Of a stretch of DNA of 64,000 bases, positions 32,788 to 43,600 are shown in pieces. Under the pieces are notes generated by a model. It was not told the DNA's origin. It made no database searches and saw only the letters and a list, made by a program, of their open reading frames with translations. Made by a program: the position numbers and the translations under genes. Within the stretch, counting starts at the first letter, position 1, and each line of letters starts with the position of its first letter. The stretch comes from a virus (taxonomy: Duplodnaviria > Caudoviricetes), in the IMG/VR virus record IMGVR_UViG_3300025084_000011, positions 1 to 64,000 of that record; one strand, 5' to 3'.

Positions 32788-34269
32788 ATGGCAAAACAGC
32801 TAGTCGGTATTGGATCTTCGGCAAATGATGGTACAGGTGATACCCTAAGAGACGGTGCTATTAAATATAATGCCAACTTTGAAGAACTTTATGACAAACT
32901 TGGTAACGCTACGGATATCCAACTAGATATCGGTTCTGCTACTGATGGCCAAGTGCTTAAATGGAGTTCAACACCGAGTGGTGCATTCCGTGCTGGCAAC
33001 TTTGACACGTTAACTGGTAATCTAGATACCAACGGTTTCGATATTGTAACCGATGGTACTGATAATATTATTCTAAAACACACTGGAACAGGTGACATCC
33101 AGTTCTGGGGTGGCGGATCTGGATCCGCTTATACTTATATCGATGGTGACGATGGATACCTCAAATGGTACGCTCCTTACGCTACTCTGGGCGACCTTCC
33201 TGATGCGACTAACCATCATGGTATGTTTGCTCACGTTCACAGTTCTGGCAAGGGATACTTTGCCCATGCTGCTGCTTGGATTCCCCTTGTAGACGAGAAC
33301 CAAAGTATTACCGTCCTTGCCGACGTTGATACTACTGTTAATGGTGGTCCCTCTGATGGGCAAGTCCTGAAATGGAATGATGCTAACAGTGCCTGGGAAC
33401 CTGCTAACGATGAGCAGGGTACTGGTGGTTCTGGTGGTTCAACTCAGAACTTGTTTGAATCTGTTGATGCTGATACTGGATCTTCAACTGCTTCTGCTCC
33501 TAACGATACTCTCGTTATTGCAGGTGGTACTAACATTTCCACAACTATGGTTGGTGATACACTGACCATTGATATGACAGGCACCTTGGGTGACCTAAAC
33601 CAGAATGTGTTTACAACATTCGGTGCTGATAATGGAACTGTTAGTGCCACGGTAGTTACTGACTCACTGACATTTACAGGTGGTAGTGGAATTAGCACTA
33701 ATTTGAATGCTGGGGCAATTACATTCACTAACGACTCTCCTAACGTCGTCCAGGACGCTCTGAAAGGGGTTGCAGGTGACACTGGTACATATACTGCAAC
33801 TGCTGCTGATTCTTCTATCACCATTGCTGGTGGCACTGGAATCACTACTGCTGTATCTGGATCAACAGTAACGATCACCAACACGGTGGCATTGCCTAGT
33901 GCAAACGAAGGTCAGTCATTGATCTATGGCACATCTAACTATGAAGCAGTAGCATCTCCTACTCTTAACTTTGCATTTAGTGCTTCTGATAGTAACAACT
34001 ATACTGTCAATGGACCTGGTATCGATGGACTCACCGATGCCACCATTTATGTGTATCGTGGATTTACTTACAGATTTGACAACACAACTGGTGCTAGTCA
34101 CCCATTAGAACTCAGAGTATCTGATGGTGGTTCACAGATTGGTGGAACATCTGGATCTATCAATAGTGTCCAATATTGGACAGTTCCAATGGCTCTTGCT
34201 GCTGGTACAACTTATGTGTATCAGTGTAATATTCATGGCAATATGAAAGGTAACATCGTAGTCGTCTAA
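32788..34269 (+). CDS. Baseplate/tail-fibre connector-like protein (gp9/gp10-type N-terminus) with a C-terminal cupredoxin-like domain
   Basis: GIGSSANDGTGDTLRDGAIKYNANFEELY at the N-terminus; SHPLELR...YVYQCNIHGNMKGNIVV at the C-terminus. Confidence 0.8.
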   Translation: MAKQLVGIGSSANDGTGDTLRDGAIKYNANFEELYDKLGNATDIQLDIGSATDGQVLKWSSTPSGAFRAGNFDTLTGNLDTNGFDIVTDGTDNIILKHTGTGDIQFWGGGSGSAYTYIDGDDGYLKWYAPYATLGDLPDATNHHGMFAHVHSSGKGYFAHAAAWIPLVDENQSITVLADVDTTVNGGPSDGQVLKWNDANSAWEPANDEQGTGGSGGSTQNLFESVDADTGSSTASAPNDTLVIAGGTNISTTMVGDTLTIDMTGTLGDLNQNVFTTFGADNGTVSATVVTDSLTFTGGSGISTNLNAGAITFTNDSPNVVQDALKGVAGDTGTYTATAADSSITIAGGTGITTAVSGSTVTITNTVALPSANEGQSLIYGTSNYEAVASPTLNFAFSASDSNNYTVNGPGIDGLTDATIYVYRGFTYRFDNTTGASHPLELRVSDGGSQIGGTSGSINSVQYWTVPMALAAGTTYVYQCNIHGNMKGNIVVV

Positions 34270-36116
34270 TGACAAGAACAGTTCCAGGAAGTGGCGCAAC
34301 AATTGAACCCGTCTTTAACAGTGTATATGGTGTAAAAGACGTAATTGTAACCAATGTGGGTAGTGGGTATGATCCTGCTGACCCACCTAGGTTGGTAGTT
34401 GGGAACTGTGGTACTCCTATTAGGGATGCTGTTCTTAAAGCAAATATTGGCGATAACGGCGAATTGCTGTCAGTTGATGTATTAGATCCAGGTGAAGGGT
34501 ATGATCCTTTACGTTTAGATATTGTTAGTACAGATAGCGGCATCGTTGATGCAGATGCAAACATATTTTTGAACCCCGATGGATCGGTAAGTTTCTTACA
34601 AGTCAATCAACCTGGTGATGGTTACTTCTCTGCTGAGGCATACCTCAGAGGTGGTGGTGGATCTGGTGCAGAACTAGTTCCTGTGACTGGTGGTGTGACT
34701 GGTCTATCTGTTGAGAACAATGGTAGGAATTACACAGCACAAGATATTACTGTTGTTATTTCTGGTGGTGGTGGATCTGGTGCTAGTGGAGTTGCCGAAG
34801 TCAATCAATTTGGTGTTGTAGAAAGCGTCAATGTAACCACAGAAGGTGAGTTCTTTGAAACACCCCCTATCCTTCAATTGATCGGTGGTGGTGGATCTGG
34901 TGCAACAGCAGAAGCAGAAATCAATCTTGGTAGAATCTCTGCCATCAATCTACTGAATCCTGGTGGTGGTTATACATCAGCACCTCAGGTCATCTTTACT
35001 CGTGACACCAATTTAATCAGAAAGCAACGTAATAGAACGTCCCTGGTGTCGGACTTCTATAACATGACGGCATTGATTAGAGATTCTCAACCTGCTGACA
35101 GTACAATATATGTAGAGACTACTAACGCTTTCCCTGGTTCTGGTAAGTTCCAGATCGGTAGAGAGATCATTAGATATACAGGTAAGACCGCTATCTCTTT
35201 CACTGGTTGTGATAGAGGTATTAACTTCCGCTATGACCAGCGTGTAATTCTAGATAATCTAGCAACAGATCCAGCAACAGGACTCTCTGGATATAACTTT
35301 ACAGTTTCAGATAGAGTCCGAAGAGTTGAGGAAGATAAGACTAACAAAGTTGCTATTGTGTATGACTGGCTTCCTACTACTAGGGAGTTGTTCTTGACCT
35401 TCCAGGTCGATGAACTTGCGTTTATCGATGGTGGTAGATCCAATGAGAACACTGCTGTGATTCAGTTTATTGCTGGATCAGCAGCATCATCAGGAACTGG
35501 TCAAGAACCTCACGTTCTTTTAGACGATGAGGAAGGTTCTATTGTTACATTTACAGATCCTATCGGCACTCTGGAAGGATTTAGATTTGAAGACGATGAT
35601 GAAGTTGATGGTGCTGGTGACGGTATCATTGATCTGGTAAATACAGATACAGACTTTGAAGATGCTATCAGTCTAGATGGTGGTATTGCAGTATCTCTGT
35701 ATGGTATCGAAGAAACTGTGGGTGGACAGAACACAACTCTGTTCCAACAGGGTGATCAAATTTATGATTCAAGTCTTGTGCCTTTGACATCAACAGTTTC
35801 GATTGCTGGTGCTTTGGGTGATGGTGTAGATCATACATCTAGAAGTATATTAAAACTGAAAGATACCATCAATACCAATTTCTTAGTCGGTGAGATTGTC
35901 ACTGGTAGTGTTACTGGTATCACAGCAACTGTTGAATCATATGTCGGCGTTGCTGATGAGTTTGGTTATAAGTATTTGACAGTGACTAATATTGTCAATA
36001 ATGGCAATACTTATAAGTTCACAACGTCAGATACCATTGCTGGTGGCACCACTGGTGCTAATGGCGTATTTGTTTCACAAGAATACAACAACCTGGTCAG
36101 AACTGAACCAGAATAA
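34269..36116 (+). CDS. Virion structural (baseplate-associated) protein (615 aa)
   Basis: Repeated GGGGSGA...V..I.V.NPGxGYTxAP units like those in gp7; located in the baseplate cluster. Confidence 0.75.
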   Translation: MTRTVPGSGATIEPVFNSVYGVKDVIVTNVGSGYDPADPPRLVVGNCGTPIRDAVLKANIGDNGELLSVDVLDPGEGYDPLRLDIVSTDSGIVDADANIFLNPDGSVSFLQVNQPGDGYFSAEAYLRGGGGSGAELVPVTGGVTGLSVENNGRNYTAQDITVVISGGGGSGASGVAEVNQFGVVESVNVTTEGEFFETPPILQLIGGGGSGATAEAEINLGRISAINLLNPGGGYTSAPQVIFTRDTNLIRKQRNRTSLVSDFYNMTALIRDSQPADSTIYVETTNAFPGSGKFQIGREIIRYTGKTAISFTGCDRGINFRYDQRVILDNLATDPATGLSGYNFTVSDRVRRVEEDKTNKVAIVYDWLPTTRELFLTFQVDELAFIDGGRSNENTAVIQFIAGSAASSGTGQEPHVLLDDEEGSIVTFTDPIGTLEGFRFEDDDEVDGAGDGIIDLVNTDTDFEDAISLDGGIAVSLYGIEETVGGQNTTLFQQGDQIYDSSLVPLTSTVSIAGALGDGVDHTSRSILKLKDTINTNFLVGEIVTGSVTGITATVESYVGVADEFGYKYLTVTNIVNNGNTYKFTTSDTIAGGTTGANGVFVSQEYNNLVRTEPE

Positions 36117-36121
36117 GTCCC

Positions 36122-36128
36122 CTAAATA
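36122..36128 (+). promoter_or_regulatory. Late promoter CTAAATA
   Basis: Intergenic, upstream of gp8. Confidence 0.65.
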
Positions 36129-36150
36129 AAAGGAAGGTAACTGCTTAAAG

Positions 36151-37686
36151 ATGGCACTTCTAACAGATCAATTTAGAATTTTCACTGCGAAAAGATTTAT
36201 TAAATCTTTGGAGGGTGCTGATCCTACGCAGAGCGACCTGGTTGCAGGTACGTCGAGAGATCGACTGTATGTGTTTATCGGTCGCCCCCAAGAGTGGGAT
36301 AATGAAAATGCTGCTCCGACTCCTGTGGATTCGTTCCAAGAGTTCTCGGACACATTCTCAGATATGATTTCACTGAAACGTGTGCTTGCGAGCGACACAA
36401 TTCAGGTTGTACGTCGTATCGATTGGACTCCACCCGAACAAACCACTGGTGGTTTGGGTTACGTTTATGATATGTATCGCCATGACTACTCTTCAACGAA
36501 GACGGCATCTTCTGGTGCTACGAAACTATACGACGCAGATTTTTACGTCGTTAACTCGCAGTATCAGGTATATAAGTGCATCTATAACGGTACATCACCT
36601 AGTGATCCTAACGGTAAACCTTCTACTGTTGAACCTACTGGTACCTCCACTTCAATTATCACAACTAGTGATGGTTACCGTTGGAAGTATCTTTATACGA
36701 TCCCTGTGGGTCAGGTTCTGAAATTCTTCTCCAATGACTACATGCCTGTTCTCAGCGATGTTGCTGTGACTGGTGATGCTGTTGGTGGTGAAATTGACAG
36801 TGTTGTGATTCAGGCATCTGGTACTGGTTATAACAACGGTACCTATGAGAACGTTCCCATCAAAGGCGATGGCGTTGGTGGTCGTGTTTCTTTGGTGGTT
36901 GACGGTGGTAAGATCGTTTCTGCCACAGTGACTTCTGGTGGTTCTGGATACACCTTCGGTAAGGTTGTTATTGATGAAGTCAACGGTATTGGTGCTGGTA
37001 CAGGTACTGGTGCTGCTATTGACGTTATCATTCCTCCCGACACTGGTCATGGTTCAGATCCTGGTAAGGAACTGGGTGGTTACAGATGTATGATCAACAC
37101 GAAGTTCACCTATGATGAAGGATCAGGTGACTTCCCTACTGATAACGACTACCGTCGTATTGGTTTGGTGATTAATCCATATCAGTATGGAACAACCGAA
37201 CTTACATCAGCGATTACTTTGTCTGCAACAAAGGCAGTAATCTTCTCTCCCACATTCACTGGTCAGTTCCAAACTGACGAGATCATCACTCAGTCTAGAA
37301 CTATTGGTGGTCAGCAAGTGACTGCTCGTGGTCGAGTGATTTCTTGGAATAACACAACCAAAGTTCTGAAATATTATCAGAACAGAATTGATGGTGTGTT
37401 CCCTGAGATTACTGGTAACCTCACCGAGTTTGAAGGTGGTAACCCTGTGACGGGTTCTACCTCTGGTACAACCGCAGACCCTGACATCAACTTCCCTGTT
37501 GTGTCTGGTATCTCTACTCGTGTTATTAATAACACTGAGTATGACTTGGGTATGTCATTTACTAATGGTTATGCAAAATCTGAGATTCAACCCAACTCGG
37601 GTGAGATCATATATATTGATAACAGAGGCGCGATCTCTCGTGCTGGCGACCAAATCGAAGACATCAAAATCGTAATCGAGTTCTAA
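36151..37686 (+). CDS. gp8: Baseplate wedge subunit gp8
   Basis: LTDQFRIFTAKRF, LYVFIGRPQEW, YDMYRHDY, DGYRWKYLYTI and NDYRRIGLVINP motifs. Confidence 0.92.
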   Translation: MALLTDQFRIFTAKRFIKSLEGADPTQSDLVAGTSRDRLYVFIGRPQEWDNENAAPTPVDSFQEFSDTFSDMISLKRVLASDTIQVVRRIDWTPPEQTTGGLGYVYDMYRHDYSSTKTASSGATKLYDADFYVVNSQYQVYKCIYNGTSPSDPNGKPSTVEPTGTSTSIITTSDGYRWKYLYTIPVGQVLKFFSNDYMPVLSDVAVTGDAVGGEIDSVVIQASGTGYNNGTYENVPIKGDGVGGRVSLVVDGGKIVSATVTSGGSGYTFGKVVIDEVNGIGAGTGTGAAIDVIIPPDTGHGSDPGKELGGYRCMINTKFTYDEGSGDFPTDNDYRRIGLVINPYQYGTTELTSAITLSATKAVIFSPTFTGQFQTDEIITQSRTIGGQQVTARGRVISWNNTTKVLKYYQNRIDGVFPEITGNLTEFEGGNPVTGSTSGTTADPDINFPVVSGISTRVINNTEYDLGMSFTNGYAKSEIQPNSGEIIYIDNRGAISRAGDQIEDIKIVIEF

Positions 37687-37689
37687 GAA

Positions 37690-40600
37690 ATGCCCCAGAA
37701 TACTAACCTAAACATTTCTCCTTATTTCGATGACTTCGATAAGGATAAAAACTTTTACAGAGTTCTCTTCCGTCCTGGGTTCCCGATTCAGGCAAGAGAA
37801 CTTACTACAATGCAATCGATCCTGCAAAATCAGGTCGAGGCAATGGGGCAGCACCTATTTAAGGAAGGTGCGATGGTCATCCCTGGTCAGGTCGGTTATG
37901 ACTTGAACGTGGAATGTATCTTGATCCAGCAAGCGTTCCTGGGTGTAGATGTTGAGACATATAGAACACAACTACAAGGTAAGATCATTGAAGGTCTGAC
38001 CACTGGTATTAAAGCGAAGGTATTGTATTCCATTCCTGCCACTCAAAGTGAGCGTGGATACATTACATTCTATATTAAGTATATTGAATCAGGTGATACC
38101 ACATCTGATGTAACGACAAAGAAATTCCAGAACAACGAACAGTTAGTTGCTGAACAGGAGATTACTTTCGGTAACACCCTGATCGAAACTGGATCACCCT
38201 TTGCTCAGATGCTTCCAGTAGAGGCCGCCCTTGTCGGTTCTACTGCTTATATTAGCGAAGGTGTTTACTTCATCCGTGGACACTTCGTTGACATTCCCTC
38301 CGAATATATCATTCTTGACCAGTACACGAACAACCCATCATACAGAGTCGGCTTCGAGGTTAGCGAGTCAATTATTACACCAGAGGACGATCCGTCTCTT
38401 ACGGATAACGCCATTGGTGCGTCCAATTACTCTGCTCCTGGTGCTCACAGATTCAGAATCAAGACTCAACTTGTCAAGAAACCCATCAATGATGAGACGG
38501 ACAAGAACTTCATTGAACTTCTGCGAATCAGAAATTCAACCGTCGAGAACTTCGTTGATCGTACAGAATATAACGAGATTGAAAAATCGATTGCTCGTAG
38601 AACCTATGAAACGCACGGCGACTATGTTGTCGATACGTTCGATGTCCGTGCAAGAGAACACCTAAATGATAATTTCAACAACGGTGTATTCACACCTGGT
38701 CAAACTTCTCCTGATGGACAAGTAGCATCTGAGCAATATGCTGTTCTTGAAGTTGGTCCTGGTAGAGCATATGTAAAAGGTTATAGAACTCAGATTCTTG
38801 CACCTACCTATGTTGACACTCCAAAACCACGTACATTTGTAGGACGTAATAACCAGATTGTTCCTGTTGATCTCTCACAAAGAGTAGAAGTATATGATGT
38901 TTGGGGATGGCCACGTATCTCTGGCGAGAACGTAACAGAATGCTATCAAACTATTGACCTTAGAGATGACTGGACTGGCACTGGTCCTTCTAATAATGTT
39001 CAGGGTAACTTGATCGGTAAGGCAAGAGTCCTTCAACTTGAAAAAGATGGCAACAAGTATAACTTGTTTGTCTTTGACATTCAGATGTTTACTACTCTGA
39101 ACTTTGCATCTTCACAGACCATCATTGATGGTGAGATGCTGGTTGGTCGTTCTTCTGGTGCCAGAGGTTATGTATTCTCTGCTGCTGCTGACTACGCACT
39201 TGTTCACCAGGTGTCTGGACGTTTCCAGAATGGTGAAGTTATCGAGCGTGATGGTCGTGTGTTAGATGTATTGAATGCATCTTACTCTTATGATAGATCT
39301 GATGTTCGTCAGGTTGTTGGTTATGAGTCCAGCAGTAATGCTACTCCAATCTTCACAGCATCACTTGCTCTGACAGAATCACTGTCATTGCTTGGTAAGA
39401 CTATCACTGTTGACCAGGCATCTGGACAAGATATCCAAGGTTTCGATACTGAGTTCTCTTCTGACCTTCGTGCTGGTGATGTCATTTCACCAACTAACAC
39501 GGATTCAAAAGGTACAACCTCACTGCGTGTGAAGCGTATCGATCCTTCTAACGTTGCATTCACAACTAACAATAGAAAAAATTCTGGTTTGACACCAGTG
39601 TTTGACTTTGGTACACAGGAAGTAAAACTAGACACTAGTTTGACTAAGGGTAGTATTACTGATGCAGAATATCCTGCAACTCAGTTTACTCGTTTACGTC
39701 CTTACTTCTTTGAGAAAGATAACAGAGATGGCGAACTTGCTATCGATATGCCAAAGCGTGCTATCAAGTCGGTCTCTGATGAATCGTTCACTGTTATCAA
39801 AACGTTTGCAAACAAACCACTTTCCTCTGGTGATGTGACATTCACACTACCTGAGAACGAACAGTTTACTACTCTTGATGGTGAAAACTACAACCTCACA
39901 ATCACTCAGGGTGCTAATGACAACACTGGATATGGATGGGCAATTGGTACTAACCTAGACATTGAAGCAGAATATGAAAAACAGTCTCCTACTATTGGAG
40001 TATCGTTTGGTGCTAATAGACAGTCATTGCAGATCACTGGTCTGAATGATGGTTCTGGTGGTACTGTCAATAACATCTCTAATGTTACATTGACTGCTGC
40101 TGTATCTGTCAACACTGTATCTAAGAAGATTAAGACTGCTGCGAAGATGAGGACCATGAAGGTCATTCGCACCAGAAACCAAAATGATGTGACAAACTAC
40201 GGTTTGGCATATGGTAACCTATATGGAACACGTATTGAAGATGAAGAGGTTTCATTCGCACTGAATGATGTCTATGATCTCCATGCAGTATTTGAGTCAG
40301 AAGATGACGATGATGCAAAAGTTCCTTTTGTTACTCTGACTGAGAACGTCTTCTATGACAATGGTTCTGTGGTTGTTGGTAGAACCTCCAATGCCAGAGC
40401 AAGAGTTGTAGCATTCAACTCTAACAACAACAGACTATATGTTGTTCCTGTAAGTACAGAGTTCTTCCAGACTGGTGAAACCATTGATGGTTTTGATAAT
40501 GATCTGAATGCCTTAGTTGGTGTTATTGATGACAGCGAAGGTTCACTGGAAAGAGGATCTAAAAATATTACCAGTAACTTCTACTTAGATACAAACACCA

Positions 40601-43600
40601 CGTCATACTATTATAGTGTGTCGAAGATGGTGAGAAAGGCAGGTACATCAGAACCTAAGCGTAAGTTAGCAGTTGTATTTGACTACTTCATTCATGAAGC
40701 ATCAGGTGATTACTTCACTAACCAGTCATACACTGGTATCGGATTCTCTGAGATTCCTAGAATTCGTGGCGATCGTAATACACAGTATCTGACCGACACG
40801 CTAGACTTCCGTCCTGCTGTTGGTGAACTAGCATCAGGTAGTGGTACTGTTGAACAACCCTTCTTTGTGAACTGTAAGTCTCTGGACTTCCCATCTCGTG
40901 TGTTCACATCAGCAGGTGGTGCTGGTGGTTCGACCATCTTCAATATTCCTAAGGTAGAAGATCAGATTCGTTTGGATTACGAATACTATCTCCCACGTCA
41001 GGACAAACTGTTCATGGCACATGATGGTGATCTGAAACTTTCCAAGGGTGTTCCTTCCGAAGATCCAGCAGAAGCAGATGATCTTGACAATGCTATGTTG
41101 CTGGCGAAGATTAGATATGAACCCTATGTGTATGATGTAGAAGATGATATTGTCATCACCCTACACCAGCAACGTCGTTACACGATGGAAGACATCGGTA
41201 ACATGGATCGTAGATTGCAGTCTCTGGAATACTACACATCTCTGTCACTCCTAGAATCAGATGCTAGAAATGCAAAAGCATATGACTCTGATGGTTTTGA
41301 TAGATTGAAGAATGGTTTCTTGGTGGATGACTTCACCGACCACTCTACTTCCGACACTGAGAACCAAGATTATAAGTGTTCTCTTGACTTCACTGAGGGC
41401 ATTCTCCGTCCATCACACTACACTTCTAACGTTTCCTTACTGTATACTCAATCACTTTCCAGCAACTTGGTGTATTGGAGAGAGAACCCTGCACTGGGTG
41501 ATAGAAAGGGTGCCAACATCCTGACTCTTCCATATGAAGAGATTGCTATCATTGTTCAACCTTATGCATCTCGTTTGGAGAATGTGAACCCATTCAACGT
41601 GTTTACATTCATTGGTCGTATTGATCTCCTTCCTGCATCTGATGACTGGACCGACACTCGTCGTGTTCCTGCTCGTGTGACTACTATTGAAGGTAACTTC
41701 CGTGCCACTCGTGAAAGACTTGGTACAAACAATAGAGGTTTTGCTCCTGTTCAGTGGCGTTCTTGGAGAACGGCATGGACTGGAACACGTAGAAGTAATA
41801 CAAGAACATGGAGAGAGACATCATTCTCTCGTGGTGTTCCTAGACGTATTCTTAGAGGATCGACTGTAACCACGACCCGTCGTCAGGTTAGATCTGGTAC
41901 AAGAATTAGAGTTGTTCCTAGAATTGACCGTCGCTCTTTGGGTGATAGTGTCATCGATAGTACATTCATCCCATGGATCCGCTCTCGTAACGTTGGTTTC
42001 GACGTTGAGCGCGTAAAGCCAAAGACTAGAATGTATTCATTCTTCGATAACGATAACATCCAGAACTATGTTATTCCTAAGTTGATCGAAATCGTTAAGA
42101 ACTCTTCTGAGGATAGTAACACTAACGAGACTCCGTTTGTTATCGGTGAGACCATCTATGGTTTGAGATCTGGTTGTAGGTTCAGAGTTGCTGCACCTAA
42201 CAATGATATGGTAACCAACCCATACTCAGCAACTAATGATATTCTGCCTGATTCTTATGCATCACAGACTTCTGTGATTAACATTGATACTAACATTCTT
42301 GCTGCTACTGTTAACCCTAACTTCTATGGTAACTTCTCAGTTGGTGAAGTATTAGTTGGTAACACTTCTGGTGCTCGTGCAGTTGTTAAGGATCGTCGTC
42401 TAATCTCCGACTTGGTTGGTACTATTAAAGGTGCTTTCTTCATTCCTAACCCTGCAAACAACTCTAACCCACGTTGGGCAACAGGTTCGAGGGTGTTCAG
42501 ATTATCCTCCTCAGAGCAGGATAGCAGACTCCCTGGTGCCGTTGATTCTGCTGCTGAGGCAGAATATACCGCCAGAGGTACATTAAATACATTGCAAGAA
42601 AATATCCTTGCTGTTCGTAATGCCACAGTTGTTAGAGATACTGTCAACCAGAGAAGAACAGTTCGTTCTGTTCGTACTAACACTCGTCAAGTTGGTTGGT
42701 GGGATCCCCTGGCACAATCATTCTTGCTGGAAGAGCAAGGTGGTACATTTGTGACAGGTGTTGATATCTTCTTCGGTACAAAGGATACCAAGATTCCCAT
42801 CTCAATGCAGATCCGTCCTATGGAAAATGGATATCCTACTAAGGACATCCTACCTTTCTCCGACGTTACTTTGAAACCATCTCAGGTTGAGGTATCTGAT
42901 AACGCATCTATTTCAACTAGATTTACGTTCCCTGCACCTGTATACATTCCAGAATCAGAAGAGCATTGCTTCGTTCTGTTCTCTGACTCTAATGAATATA
43001 AGGTATGGATCTCACGTATGGGTGATATTGATATCACTGGTACACGAACGATCTCTGAACAACCATATGCTGGTGTTCTCTTCAAATCACAGAACGCATC
43101 CACATGGACTGCTGACCAGTATGAGGATTTGAAGTTCAACCTGTTCCGTGCATCATTCAATACCTCTGTCATTGGTACAGCAACGTTCACTAACTCTGAA
43201 CTTGGTGCTGGTAATGATGGTATTAGTTCACTGACTGTCAATCCTATGATTACAGTTGAACCTAAGCAAACGTTGCAACTACCAACAGGTAATAGTTACA
43301 ACTACACAATTGGTGCTCGTTTGATTCAGTCACCATCCAATGCTGAGGCAACTATTGAAGAGTTTGACTCTACATCTAACCCACAACTACTTACAGTTAA
43401 AGGTATTATTGGTACCTTTGAGCAAGGTTTCCTTGATGGTAATGGAAATCCATTCCAAGCATTGAAGTCTTCACAGTCTGTGGTTACATTTACACTGTCA
43501 TCAACACCTACAAATGGTACCCCTGAGTCAGGTGACACATTGGTTGGTGCTAACAGTGGTGCTACTGCAACTATCACATCATTCGATCCTGCTGGTAACG

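Noticed and set aside
32788-34269. Calling the cupredoxin-bearing gene petE (plastocyanin AMG)
   Set aside because: The domain is fused to a baseplate-fibre N-terminus, has no signal peptide and has a different ligand-loop length.
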